From Candidatus Parcubacteria bacterium (GTDB lineage: Bacteria; Patescibacteriota; Patescibacteriia; Patescibacteriales; UBA12075), in assembly GCA_023132155.1 (NCBI GenBank), contig JAGLYP010000026.1, positions 1,741 to 65,740 on the forward strand: a DNA stretch of 64,000 nucleotides, written 5' to 3'. The translations under genes and the position numbers were made by a program. Numbering within the stretch: position 1 is the first letter of the stretch; every line of letters starts with the position of its first letter. Shown here piece after piece: positions 52,605 to 62,186 of this stretch. Below the pieces are notes generated by a model, which worked only from the letters and a program-made list of their open reading frames with translations, was not told where the DNA came from and did no database searches.

Positions 52605-54281
52605 ATGAAACAATCAAAATTATTTGGAAAAACAACAAAAACAATATCAAAAGACATAAAGATAACATCCCATAAGTTATTATATCAGGCCGGATTTATA
52701 AGAGAGTCGGTTGCGGGCAGGTATTATTTTTTACCTTTGGGTATGAGAGTGAGAGAAAAAATAGTTAAGATTATTGAGGAGGAAATGAATAAGGCCGGCG
52801 CGATAAAGATTATTACACCGGTACTTCATCCCTTGGAGTTATGGAAAGAGACCGCAAGAAATGATTCTGTCGGGTTTGAATTAATGACTATTAAGGATAG
52901 AAACGGAAGCGATTTTGCGCTTGGCGGAACAGCCGAAGAGATGATGGTTGATTTGGTAAGAGGTTTTAACTTAAGTTATAAAGATTTGCCTTTTAATATT
53001 TATCAATTTTCACAAAAATTTCGAGACGAATTGCGAGCTAGAGGCGGGCTTTTGCGCGTGCGCGAGTTTTTAATGAAAGACGCGTATTCATTTCATGCTG
53101 ATGAAAACGATTTTAAGAAAGAATATAAAAATATGTGGAATGTTTACAAAAATATTTTCCAGAGGCTCTGCCTTGAAACAGTGGTGGTAGAAGCGGATAA
53201 TGGATATATTGGAGGAGATTATTGCCATGAATTTGTAGTTGAAAGCGATGTGGGGGAAAGTCGGTTTTTAATAACTGAAGACGGACAATATGCGGCGCAT
53301 GAAGATGTGGCAATATTTAAAAAAGAAAATAAAAATATTAATGAAAAAGAAAAGGAATTAGCAGAAGTAGAAGCAAAAAGAGGCAATACAATGGATGACG
53401 GAGTTAAGTTGCATAATATGCCATTATGGCAGCAAATAAAAGATGTTATGTTTATAGATGATAAGGGCAGGTATATTTTGGCGGTAATAAGGGGAGATTT
53501 TGATATAAATGAAACTAAGTTATTAAATATAACGAAGTCTAATGATTTACGGTTAGCTACAAATGATGAAATAAGGAAAATCGGCAGTGAGTCCGGATTT
53601 ATATCTCCGGTAAGAATTAATAAAAATGTCATTGTGGTTGGGGACGATTCTTTAAGAACCACAAAAAATGCTTATGGAGGAGCAAATAAGAAGCATAGGG
53701 ATTTATTAAATGTAAATATTGATAGAGATTATAAATTAAATTTGGAAGGGGATATTGCTATGGCGCAGGAAGAATTTTGCGACAATAACAATAAAGTTTT
53801 AATAGAAAGAAAAGGTATTGAGGTTGGTAATATTTTTCAATTGGGTTATCATTATAGTAAAAAAATGAATGCTAAATTTACTGATTGCGACGGTCAAGAA
53901 AAATTTTATTATATGGGTTGTTACGGTATTGGCGTTGACAGAACAATGGCTGCAATCGCGGAGAAACATAATGATGAAAAAGGCATAATTTGGCCGGAAT
54001 CGGTTGCTCCGTTTAAAGCGCATTTACTATCGTTAAATCAAAATGAAAAAGCAGAAGAGCTGTACAAAAATTTAGAACAGGCGGGAATTGAAGTTTTGTA
54101 TGATGATAGAGATTTAAGACCGGGAGAAAAATTCGCTGACGCGGACCTAATCGGTATTCCATACAGAGTAGTTATTAGCGCGAAAACTTTAAAAGAAAAT
54201 TCAGTTGAACTTAAAAGGCGCGATTCAGAAAAGGTTGAGATGGTTAAGATAGATGAGTTAATTAACAAATTGAAAGTTTAA
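52605..54281 (+). CDS. proS: prolyl-tRNA synthetase (bacterial type with editing insertion)
   Basis: Preferred start is ATG 52605 (MKQSKLFGKT). 'AGFIRESVAGRYYFLPLG', motif 2 'FRDELRARGGLLRVREFLMKDAYSF', and motif 3 region 'GCYGIGVDRTMAAI'. Confidence 0.93.
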   Translation: MKQSKLFGKTTKTISKDIKITSHKLLYQAGFIRESVAGRYYFLPLGMRVREKIVKIIEEEMNKAGAIKIITPVLHPLELWKETARNDSVGFELMTIKDRNGSDFALGGTAEEMMVDLVRGFNLSYKDLPFNIYQFSQKFRDELRARGGLLRVREFLMKDAYSFHADENDFKKEYKNMWNVYKNIFQRLCLETVVVEADNGYIGGDYCHEFVVESDVGESRFLITEDGQYAAHEDVAIFKKENKNINEKEKELAEVEAKRGNTMDDGVKLHNMPLWQQIKDVMFIDDKGRYILAVIRGDFDINETKLLNITKSNDLRLATNDEIRKIGSESGFISPVRINKNVIVVGDDSLRTTKNAYGGANKKHRDLLNVNIDRDYKLNLEGDIAMAQEEFCDNNNKVLIERKGIEVGNIFQLGYHYSKKMNAKFTDCDGQEKFYYMGCYGIGVDRTMAAIAEKHNDEKGIIWPESVAPFKAHLLSLNQNEKAEELYKNLEQAGIEVLYDDRDLRPGEKFADADLIGIPYRVVISAKTLKENSVELKRRDSEKVEMVKIDELINKLKV

Positions 54282-54330
54282 AAGTAGAAAGTTATAAAGT
54301 GTAATTATTAATTGCATCGCACCATTTTTG

Positions 54331-54358
54331 TTATGTGTTGCGTGTTATGTGTTGTGTG
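54331..54358 (+). repeat. 7/14-nt periodic TTATGTG-TTGYGTG array overlapping the mreB start region
   Basis: TTATGTG TTGCGTG TTATGTG TTGTGTG. The 7-nt periodicity also extends upstream through the proS 3' end (GAAAGTT TAAAAGT AGAAAGT ...). Confidence 0.7.
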
Positions 54359-55399
54359 TTTAATAAATTATTAGGAAAATTTAGCAAAGATCTCGGCATA
54401 GATTTAGGCACGAAAAATACTCTTGTCTATACCGCTGATAAAGGCATAGTTATTAATGAGCCGTCGGTTGTGGCCGTGAATACGCGCACTGATGAAATTT
54501 TGGCTGTGGGGGACGAAGCCAAAAAAATGGTTGGGAAAACTCCAGGCCATATTCAGGCGATAAGGCCTTTGGTTGACGGTGTAATTTCCGATTTTGAAGT
54601 TACTGAAAAAATGCTTAAATATTTTATTGATAAGGTTCACGCGGAAAGTTTTACGTTAATTCCGCGTCCGCGAGTTGTTATCGGCATCCCTTTGGATATT
54701 ACCGAGGTGGAAAAAAAGGCGGTTAAAGACGCTGCAAAATCAGCAGGGGCCAGACAGGTGTATTTAATTGAGGAGTCAATGGCGGCCGCTATCGGCGCGC
54801 GTTTGCCGGTAGCCGATCCGACCGCGACTATGATAGTTGATATTGGCGGCGGAACTACGGAAATTTCGGTAATTTCTTTGGGCGGGGTTGTTTCATGGAA
54901 ATCGCTTAGACAGGCGGGAAATGAATTGGATAATAATATAATTCAATATTTTAGGGATGAGTTTAGCATATTAATCGGCGAGCAAGTAGCGGAAAATGTT
55001 AAATTGCAAATCGGTTCGGCCGCTGTTTTAAAAGAGCCGATGGAGATGGAAGCGCGCGGAAGAGATCTTATTAACGGCTTGCCTCGCGCCGTTGTTATTA
55101 ATGACAGCCAAATTAGAGAAGCTATTAGCAGAACGGTTAATCAAGTCATTGATAACATAAAAATTACCATGGAAACCACTCCGCCCGAATTGGTTTCTGA
55201 TATATATGAGCATGGCATAACTTTGGCCGGCGGCGGCGCGCTTTTAAGGGGCTTGGATAAAGAAATCGCGCAAGCTACAAAGATTCCCGTGCGAGTAGCG
55301 GATGATGCCTTGACTTGCGTTGTTAGGGGCGCGGGGATTTTATTAGAGGATCCTGAATTGCTGGAAAAAGTTTTGACTCCAAATAGCGATGAATTTTAA
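54347..55399 (+). CDS. mreB: rod shape-determining protein MreB
   Basis: 'FSKDLGIDLGTKNTLVY', 'VVAVN', 'RPLVDGVISDFE', 'MIVDIGGGTTEISVISLGG' and 'GITLAGGGALLRGLD'. The start is ambiguous: GTG 54335, ATG 54347, or GTG 54356. The last gives 'VFNKLLGKFSKDLGIDLG', which parallels E. coli 'MLKKFRGMFSNDLSIDLG'. Confidence 0.92.
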   Translation: MCCVFNKLLGKFSKDLGIDLGTKNTLVYTADKGIVINEPSVVAVNTRTDEILAVGDEAKKMVGKTPGHIQAIRPLVDGVISDFEVTEKMLKYFIDKVHAESFTLIPRPRVVIGIPLDITEVEKKAVKDAAKSAGARQVYLIEESMAAAIGARLPVADPTATMIVDIGGGTTEISVISLGGVVSWKSLRQAGNELDNNIIQYFRDEFSILIGEQVAENVKLQIGSAAVLKEPMEMEARGRDLINGLPRAVVINDSQIREAISRTVNQVIDNIKITMETTPPELVSDIYEHGITLAGGGALLRGLDKEIAQATKIPVRVADDALTCVVRGAGILLEDPELLEKVLTPNSDEF

Positions 55400-55438
55400 T
55401 AAATATTTATTTATTTTTAAATTTTATAGCGGGTTTAT

Positions 55439-56248
55439 ATGATTTTTAGTAAAAAGAAAAATATAGTAATATTCATAGCAGCATTTGCGCTGCTTGTTTT
55501 TTTGTATGGAATCGGAGTTTTAAAGCCGGTTGAAAATTTGCTTACGCGAATTTTAAATCCGGTTTTGAAGCAATTTTATATAATCGGAACAGATATTAAA
55601 AATATTTATGAAGAGCAAACATCAAAATATGATTTGACTAAAGTTGTGAATGAACTGCGGGAAGAGGTTATGGCTTTGTCCGGTGAAAACGCTAAATTAA
55701 AAACCGTAGTTAGGGAAAATGATATTTTGCGCGAACATTTAGGTTTTTTGGAAAGAAATGAATTGAAATATGTAATGTCTAATGTCATCTCCAAGGAAGA
55801 TATTTTAAATGTCGGCGGGCAAACAGAGGTTATAATTATTGATAAAGGCGAACAGAATGGAATTCGCAGGGGTTTGTCAGCGGTGAATAGCCAAGGGGTG
55901 ATAATCGGCAAGGTTGCGGAAGCAAAGGAGCGAGTAGCAAAGATATATTTGGCAAGCAGTGATAAATGTAAATTAGCGGTTACAATATTGGGGGACGATG
56001 ATACAAGCGGAATCGCCCAAGGAAGCCTTGGACTGGTTATAAAAATGGATTTTATTCCGCAGATAAAAAATTTAAATATTAACGATATTGTAGTGAGCTC
56101 CGGTTTAGAAAAAGATATACCGCGCGGCTTGGTCGTCGGCAAGATTAGCGAAGTGCGCAAAGAAAGCAATAAATTGTGGCAAAGCGCGATTATTGAACCG
56201 ATGCTGGATATGGATGAATTAATAATCGTATCAGTAATCATACCTTAG
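55439..56248 (+). CDS. mreC: rod shape-determining protein MreC
   Basis: N-terminal TM segment, coiled coil 'LREEVMALSGENAKLKTVVRENDILREHL', and a beta-rich C-terminus with 'VVSSGLEKDIPRGLVVGKI'. It sits between mreB and mreD. Confidence 0.85.
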   Translation: MIFSKKKNIVIFIAAFALLVFLYGIGVLKPVENLLTRILNPVLKQFYIIGTDIKNIYEEQTSKYDLTKVVNELREEVMALSGENAKLKTVVRENDILREHLGFLERNELKYVMSNVISKEDILNVGGQTEVIIIDKGEQNGIRRGLSAVNSQGVIIGKVAEAKERVAKIYLASSDKCKLAVTILGDDDTSGIAQGSLGLVIKMDFIPQIKNLNINDIVVSSGLEKDIPRGLVVGKISEVRKESNKLWQSAIIEPMLDMDELIIVSVIIP

Positions 56249-56797
56249 ATGTATTTAAAAATATTAAACCAAATTATTTTTTTTAGTTTGATAACCCTTA
56301 TTCAAATCGGTTTTGTCGGAGCTTTGCCCGTTTGGTTTAGCGAATTTAATTTGGTGTTGTTGATTTTGGTTTTTTTTCTCGGGTTTAACAAATTAAAAAC
56401 AGCTTTATTTTGGGGCGCGGGAATGGGCATTGTTTATGATTTATATTCTTTTGCCCCTTCTGGAGCATATACAATAAGCATGGTAATAACGATTTTTTTG
56501 GCTTATTTTTTGATGGAAAATTTTTTAACCAACCGTTCGCTTTACTCTTTTTTGGTTTTGGCGTCATTTACTTTTTTTTGTTTTGAATTTTTTTCTTACG
56601 CGATAATAAATATAAGCAGTTTGGCTCTTAACCGGGAATTTTTGTTTATTTTTAATAAATCGTTTTTTTTGCATAAAATGTATGGCTTGTTTTTGAATTT
56701 ATTTTTGATGTCAATATTTTTGTATTTGTTTAATTTTTTCAGCTTCAGATTTAAGCCGGTTTTTTTAAAAAAGAAAAAAATAATCGCCGCTAAATAA
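56249..56797 (+). CDS. mreD: rod shape-determining protein MreD (polytopic membrane protein)
   Basis: 182-aa hydrophobic protein starting directly after the mreC stop, in the conserved mreBCD order. Confidence 0.65.
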   Translation: MYLKILNQIIFFSLITLIQIGFVGALPVWFSEFNLVLLILVFFLGFNKLKTALFWGAGMGIVYDLYSFAPSGAYTISMVITIFLAYFLMENFLTNRSLYSFLVLASFTFFCFEFFSYAIINISSLALNREFLFIFNKSFFLHKMYGLFLNLFLMSIFLYLFNFFSFRFKPVFLKKKKIIAAK

Positions 56798-56798
56798 C

Positions 56799-56834
56799 GG
56801 GACTGTCGCCAAACTGCTGTTTGGCGATAGTCCC
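56799..56834 (+). promoter_or_regulatory. 16-bp stem hairpin between mreD and mrdA
   Basis: GGGACTGTCGCCAAAC-TGCT-GTTTGGCGATAGTCCC with one G.U pair and no T-run. It ends 6 nt before ATG 56841. Confidence 0.6.
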
Positions 56835-56840
56835 ATAGCT

Positions 56841-58847
56841 ATGAAAAAAAATAAGACTATCAATCCTTTTACAATTCAGAGTGGAAGGTTTAAGGACGGA
56901 CAAATAAATAAGTTTAATAAATCGTCTTGGTTTGAAGACGTTTTTATTTTTGATAAAAAAGAAAGAGAAATGGTTGGAAACAGTTTTAATCCGGGAAAAT
57001 TAAAAATATTGTCAGCCTTTTTTATTTTTTTGCTTTTGTTTCTTTTGGGAAAATCAGCTTGGCTGCAAATCGTCAAAGGCGATTATTATTATTCAGTCGC
57101 GGAGGGAAACCGCGTTAGAATAGAGCGAATTGAGCCGAAAAGAGGGGTGATATATGACAGGTTCGGCAGGCCGCTGGTAAGAAATAGGGCTAATTTTATG
57201 CTATATTTCATTCCGGCTGATATAAGCAAAGATGAAAAGGAAAGAAATTTAATATTTAATAAATTAGGCTTGATTCTTGAGGATTTAAGCGCGAGTGATT
57301 TAAGCGCAAAATATAATTCAGTTTCGCAAAAATCTTTGGATCCGCAAAAATCTTTGGAGGCTTATCAGCCTTTATTTGTCGTTGATAATATTGGATATGA
57401 AAAGGCAATGAAGTTGTATTTATTATCCGATTTTTGGCCGGGAATTGTGTTGTCAAACCGGACAAACCGCGATTACTTAGTGTATGGTCTGGAAAATGAA
57501 AGTGAACAAGCCGATTATTTTCTTTCCATGTCGCATATTATGGGCTATACGGGGAAAATTAACAAAACCGAACTTGAGCAATTTGGTGAAGAGTATTTAG
57601 CTATTGACTATATTGGAAAGATGGGAATTGAATATTTTTGGGAAAACGAGCTTAAAGGCAAAAGCGGGCGGAAGCAAATTGAAGTTGACGCTTTGGGAAA
57701 ACAAAAGAAAATTATCGGCATAGTTGAACCTGAAGACGGAAATAATTTGGTTTTGTCTTTGGATGTTATGGCGCAAATTAAGCTTGAAGAAATTTTAAAT
57801 AAGCATTTAAAAGAATTAAACCTTGCCAAGGCATCGGCGATTGTAATGGATCCTGAAAATGGCGAAATATTATCAATGGTTAGCTTGCCGGCTTATAATA
57901 ATAATGCTTTCGCGCGCGGTATATCGCACGAGGAATATAACGTTTTGGTTAATCATCCCTATAACCCATTATTTAATCGTTCAATTAGCGGTGAATATCC
58001 TTCCGGCTCCACAATTAAGCCTCTTATTTCAGCGGCGGCCTTGGAAGAAGGAATTATTAGCGAACACACAAGCTTTTTAAGCGTTGGAGGACTTAGGATA
58101 GGAGAATGGTTTTTTCCGGATTGGCTCGCCGGCGGGCACGGAAGAACAAACGTTCGTAAAGCAATCGCACAGTCGGTAAATACTTTTTTTTATTATATTG
58201 GCGGAGGCTATGAAGATTTTCGCGGGCTGGGAGTTGACAGGATCGTTGAATACGGCCGTTTGTTCGGCTTGGGCGCGCAAATGGGAATTGATTTAGCCGG
58301 CGAGTCAAGCGGATTTTTACCAACCAGAGAATGGAAGGAGAATTATAAAAACGAGCCATGGTATATCGGCGATACATATCATTTGGCAATCGGCCAAGGG
58401 GACTTGCTGGTTACGCCATTGCAAGTAGCGGTTTTTACAAGCGTTTTCGCGAATTCAGGAAAATTATATCGCCCGCATTTTATCAAGGAAATTTTATCAA
58501 GCGATGATAAGGTAATAAGAATTTCCGAAAATGAGCCGGTAAGAAAAGATTTTATTGACCCTTATAATATCCACGTGGTGCGGCAAGGAATGCGCCAGAC
58601 AGTAACTTCCGGTTCTGCCCGCAGTATGCAGACAGTACCGGTGGAGGTTGCGGGAAAAACCGGAACCGCCCAATGGTCAAGCAAGCACGAGACCCACGCA
58701 TGGTTTACCGGTTTCGCGCCTTATGACAATCCTGAATTGGTAATCACAGTTTTAATTGAACAAGGCGGAGAAGGCAGCAGTGTTGCCGTACCGATTGCAA
58801 AAGAATTTTTGCAGTGGTATTTTGGGGAGTATAAAAATGAGGAGTAG
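56841..58847 (+). CDS. mrdA: penicillin-binding protein 2 (elongasome transpeptidase)
   Basis: N-terminal TM segment, 'RG.IYDR.G..L', and the catalytic motifs 'SGSTIKP' (SxxK), 'SVN' (SxN) and 'KTGTAQ' (KTG). Located in the mreBCD context. Confidence 0.9.
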   Translation: MKKNKTINPFTIQSGRFKDGQINKFNKSSWFEDVFIFDKKEREMVGNSFNPGKLKILSAFFIFLLLFLLGKSAWLQIVKGDYYYSVAEGNRVRIERIEPKRGVIYDRFGRPLVRNRANFMLYFIPADISKDEKERNLIFNKLGLILEDLSASDLSAKYNSVSQKSLDPQKSLEAYQPLFVVDNIGYEKAMKLYLLSDFWPGIVLSNRTNRDYLVYGLENESEQADYFLSMSHIMGYTGKINKTELEQFGEEYLAIDYIGKMGIEYFWENELKGKSGRKQIEVDALGKQKKIIGIVEPEDGNNLVLSLDVMAQIKLEEILNKHLKELNLAKASAIVMDPENGEILSMVSLPAYNNNAFARGISHEEYNVLVNHPYNPLFNRSISGEYPSGSTIKPLISAAALEEGIISEHTSFLSVGGLRIGEWFFPDWLAGGHGRTNVRKAIAQSVNTFFYYIGGGYEDFRGLGVDRIVEYGRLFGLGAQMGIDLAGESSGFLPTREWKENYKNEPWYIGDTYHLAIGQGDLLVTPLQVAVFTSVFANSGKLYRPHFIKEILSSDDKVIRISENEPVRKDFIDPYNIHVVRQGMRQTVTSGSARSMQTVPVEVAGKTGTAQWSSKHETHAWFTGFAPYDNPELVITVLIEQGGEGSSVAVPIAKEFLQWYFGEYKNEE

Positions 58848-58908
58848 GGAGTGATTGGATTTTATTTAATTTTTTTGTGAATAATATAAATTAGTTTTAA
58901 CTAAAAAT

Positions 58909-59505
58909 ATGATAAAAGCGATAGTCTTTGATTTTGACGGGGTTTTGGGGGATACATGGGATACCAGTATTGGTATTTGCAGGGAATTAAATATAGATTT
59001 TACTATTGATGATTTTAAGGATCATCATAATGGCAATGTATTTGAAAGACCAAAACTTGAATTTTCAAAAAAACAAGCTGATGAATTTTTTTTAGCTTAT
59101 GAAGAAAAGATTAGCGGCAATAAACTCTTTCCTTTGCAGCCGGAGCTTAAAAGGCTTAATCAAAAATATAAAATATTCGTGATTTCAAGCAGCAAGGAAA
59201 CGGCTATTAAAAAATATTTTGTTTTGGGGGAGTGGGATCACTATTTTGAAAAAATATTTGGCATTGAAATTGATAAATCAAAATTAAAAAAGTTTAAAAA
59301 ATTATTTCAAGATTATAATTTAAAGCCGGAAGAATGTGTTTTTGTTACCGATACATTGGGGGACTTGATAGAAGGTGAAAAGGCGGGAGTAAAAACATTA
59401 GCGGTTACTTGGGGTTACCACGGAGAGATGAGATTAAAAAAAGGAAATCCGGATAAAATAATTCATAATTTTAACGAACTCGCTAACGCGGTTGGCTCAA
59501 TATGA
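58909..59505 (+). CDS. HAD-superfamily hydrolase (phosphatase)
   Basis: Motif I 'AIVFDFDGVLGDT', motif II 'VISSS', and motif III/IV 'K...VFVTDTLGD'. Confidence 0.75.
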   Translation: MIKAIVFDFDGVLGDTWDTSIGICRELNIDFTIDDFKDHHNGNVFERPKLEFSKKQADEFFLAYEEKISGNKLFPLQPELKRLNQKYKIFVISSSKETAIKKYFVLGEWDHYFEKIFGIEIDKSKLKKFKKLFQDYNLKPEECVFVTDTLGDLIEGEKAGVKTLAVTWGYHGEMRLKKGNPDKIIHNFNELANAVGSI

Positions 59506-60323
59506 ATTTTAAAATAGCTGTAAAAGGAATTATAAGGCGGGGTGATGGGAAAATTTTGATTGTCAAAAGGAGCAGTCAGGATAGTTTTATGCCGGGAATT
59601 TGGGAAACTGTCGGCGGCGGCGTTAAAGAAAAAGATAATCCAAAGAAGGCCTTGGAAAGAGAAATTATGGAAGAGGTTGGGCTTACGGTTAGGATTGGCG
59701 AGCCCTTTAATGTTTTTACTTTTAACAATAACAAAGGCGAGTTTAAAATTGGCATTACTTTTGTGTGCGATTATCTTGGCGGCGAAATCAAGCTAAGCTC
59801 GGAACATAGTGATTTTAAATGGATTGATCCGACGATTATTAAACAATTTTACTCTATTCCATTATTCTATAATGAAATAACAGCTTATTCAAACAAGTAC
59901 AGCGCTGATTATGAAAGGTTTACAGTTAGCCAAAAAGCGGTTATTATCCGTGATGATAAATGTTTTGTCGCGGAAATTAACAAGACACCCGGAATATGGG
60001 ATTTGCCTGGCGGACGGATTGACAGGCGCGAAGACGCCGAAAAGGCCTTTAGGCGGGAAATAAAAGAAGAAATCGGCGTGAGCGATTTTGAAATTTTAGC
60101 CACTTATGACTGTGATACTTGGCTGTCTCCTGTTGGAGCGGCGGTTTACGGCAGTGTCAGTTTAATTAGTACTGACAAGAAAATCGTGTTAAGCACTGAA
60201 CACGCGCAATGCAAATGGATAAACAAATCCGAAATTGACGATTATAATTATATTTGGCCGGCCATGAATCGGATGATAAAGAAGGGGTTTTGGTATTATG
60301 GTTTGTTAAGGGGTGGGGATTGA
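59502..60323 (+). CDS. tandem double-NUDIX hydrolase
   Basis: Two Nudix boxes are present: 'GGGVKEKDNPKKALEREIMEEVGL' and 'PGGRIDRREDAEKAFRREIKEEIGV'. Confidence 0.8.
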   Translation: MNFKIAVKGIIRRGDGKILIVKRSSQDSFMPGIWETVGGGVKEKDNPKKALEREIMEEVGLTVRIGEPFNVFTFNNNKGEFKIGITFVCDYLGGEIKLSSEHSDFKWIDPTIIKQFYSIPLFYNEITAYSNKYSADYERFTVSQKAVIIRDDKCFVAEINKTPGIWDLPGGRIDRREDAEKAFRREIKEEIGVSDFEILATYDCDTWLSPVGAAVYGSVSLISTDKKIVLSTEHAQCKWINKSEIDDYNYIWPAMNRMIKKGFWYYGLLRGGD

Positions 60324-60425
60324 TTTTTTTGTGTGTGGGGTGAATAAATATAGTTATTTTGCCATATGAGTTAAAATATTATAAAATAAAAATAGAAAAG
60401 ATAAATTAATTATAAAATTTTATAT

Positions 60426-60587
60426 ATGACAAAGAAAAATTATAATAAAGTCAATTTAACATCATCGGATTTATCTCAAGAAAAACAGAAAGAATTAAGA
60501 AAAATTCTTCCAGAGGCATTTAGCGAGAATAAGATAGATTGGGAAAAATTAAAGCAGGGCTTGACGTATTTAAAAACGGCAATATAG
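60426..60587 (+). pseudogene. remnant of the N-terminus of a type III/IIG-like DNA methyltransferase (RM/BREX-type)
   Basis: The 53-aa ORF 'MTKKNYNKVNLTSSDLSQEKQKELRKILPEAFSENKIDWEKLKQGL...' matches the characteristic N-terminal 'L..LFPE.F.EGKID.EKLK..LG' opening of these methylases as I remember it. It stops abruptly and no catalytic motifs follow. Confidence 0.45.
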
Positions 60588-60677
60588 CAGTTAATACGGT
60601 TGGTTCATCAAGGACTGAGCTTAATATTAAAAACATACCTGGTTATTTGGAGTTTTATAAAAATTTGAAGGGTGAAT

Positions 60678-61739
60678 ATGAGGGTAATTAATTATAAAAG
60701 AAAATTAATAATTGTCGGAGTAATATTATCGGCGGTGCTTGTTGTTATTTTTAATATATTCAAAGAATATTCTGATAAGTGGGAGGTAAATCGAAATGAC
60801 AAACTTCCGATTGTGTATTCAGATAATTATGATATTACTTTGTTTGGCATGCAAAAATTGCATCCGTTTGATTCAGAAAAATATAGTAAAGTGGCTAATT
60901 ATTTAATTAAGAATGTTGAAATTGAAAAGAGCAGATTTTACGCGCCAAAAAAAATAAATGGAAGTTATTTATTATTGGTTCATACTCAAGAGTATTTAGA
61001 TTCGCTTAAGAATTCAAGAGTAGTAGCGCAAATCGCCGAGTTGGGATTATTAGCAATAATGCCGAATTTTATAATACAGGAGAGATTACTTGATTCTGTC
61101 CGGTATGGAACTGGAGGAACTGTGTTGGGTGCCGAGCTTGCCATGGAAGAGGGATGGGCAATTAATCTGGCAGGCGGATATCATCATACTAAAGCGGATA
61201 CAAGCGGTGGATTTGGTTTTTATGCTGATGTGCCGATAGCGGTAAATAAACTGTGGCAGAATAATCCTAAGCTTAAAGTATTGATAATTGACTTAGATGC
61301 TCATCAAGGAAACGGGAATGAAGCTATATTTAAGGATGATCCTAGAGTATTTATTTTGGATATGTATCACGAAGATAATTACCCTAAAGACGATAAGGTC
61401 AAGAAGTATATTGACTTTGATATACCGGTGGGGTTTATGGATACTCAAGGCTACTTAGCGATTATCAATCGGGATATTCCGAAAGCTATTGAACAGTCTC
61501 AACCAGATTTGATTATTTATAATGCCGGTACGGATATTTACAGTCGAGATCCGTTGGGTAAAATGAATGTATCAAAGGAAGGAATTATCAAGCGCGATGA
61601 AGTTATATTTCGATATGCCAAAGAGAATAATATACCTATTTTGATGGTATTGTCCGGCGGTTATGCTTTTGAGAGCGCACGGATAATAGGGGAGTCAATA
61701 GAAAATATATTAATTAACATAGTCAAATATGAACAATAA
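60678..61739 (+). CDS. histone deacetylase-family (HDAC/acetylpolyamine amidohydrolase-like) Zn-dependent deacetylase with N-terminal TM segment
   Basis: 'GGYHHTKADTSGGFGFYADVPIAV', 'IDLDAHQGNG' and 'YNAGTDIY..DPLG'. The ATG at 60678 is preferred over the GTG at 60672. Confidence 0.8.
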   Translation: MRVINYKRKLIIVGVILSAVLVVIFNIFKEYSDKWEVNRNDKLPIVYSDNYDITLFGMQKLHPFDSEKYSKVANYLIKNVEIEKSRFYAPKKINGSYLLLVHTQEYLDSLKNSRVVAQIAELGLLAIMPNFIIQERLLDSVRYGTGGTVLGAELAMEEGWAINLAGGYHHTKADTSGGFGFYADVPIAVNKLWQNNPKLKVLIIDLDAHQGNGNEAIFKDDPRVFILDMYHEDNYPKDDKVKKYIDFDIPVGFMDTQGYLAIINRDIPKAIEQSQPDLIIYNAGTDIYSRDPLGKMNVSKEGIIKRDEVIFRYAKENNIPILMVLSGGYAFESARIIGESIENILINIVKYEQ

Positions 61740-62169
61740 CAAATTAACCCCAAAAGTCGGTGTTGGTGTTTTAATTCAAAATAGCAATAACGAAGTTTTG
61801 CTTGGCGAAAGGATTGGCTCGCATGGCGAAGGCGAGTGGTGTTTTCCGGGCGGGCATTTGGATTTTGGCGAGACTATTTTTCAAACCGCGAAAAGAGAAG
61901 TAAAAGAAGAGACAGGACTTATCGTTGACGAATTTGAGTTGATTTCCGTTGCTGATGAACTTAGATATATCAAAACCGACAACAAGCATTATTTGAATAT
62001 TGGCATCAAGGCAAAGTATAAAGGCGACGAACCTAAAATAATAGAGCCTGATAAATGCAAGGAGTGGCGCTGGTTTAAATTAAACAATTTGCCGGATAAA
62101 ATGTTTGAGGGCACGGAACTTACGATTAAAAATTTTAAAGCAGGCAAGATTTATCAGAATAATAATTAA
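61729..62169 (+). CDS. NUDIX hydrolase (MutT-like)
   Basis: Nudix box 'PGGHLDFGETIFQTAKREVKEETGL'. Confidence 0.8.
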   Translation: MNNNKLTPKVGVGVLIQNSNNEVLLGERIGSHGEGEWCFPGGHLDFGETIFQTAKREVKEETGLIVDEFELISVADELRYIKTDNKHYLNIGIKAKYKGDEPKIIEPDKCKEWRWFKLNNLPDKMFEGTELTIKNFKAGKIYQNNN

Positions 62170-62186
62170 ATTGTAATTTTTTAAAT

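Noticed and set aside
55606-56241. 211-aa ORF on the - strand
   Set aside because: It lies entirely antisense to mreC, which has clear family features and operon context. Its composition (S/I/F/L/T-rich) is what the reverse complement of a K/E/N-rich AT-rich gene produces.
51630-56829. Shared 9-mer TTGGCGATA in the proB leader hairpin (51630-51638) and the mreD-mrdA hairpin (56821-56829)
   Set aside because: A single 9-mer coincidence in 64 kb is expected by chance (order 0.5 occurrences). The rest of the two hairpins differs.
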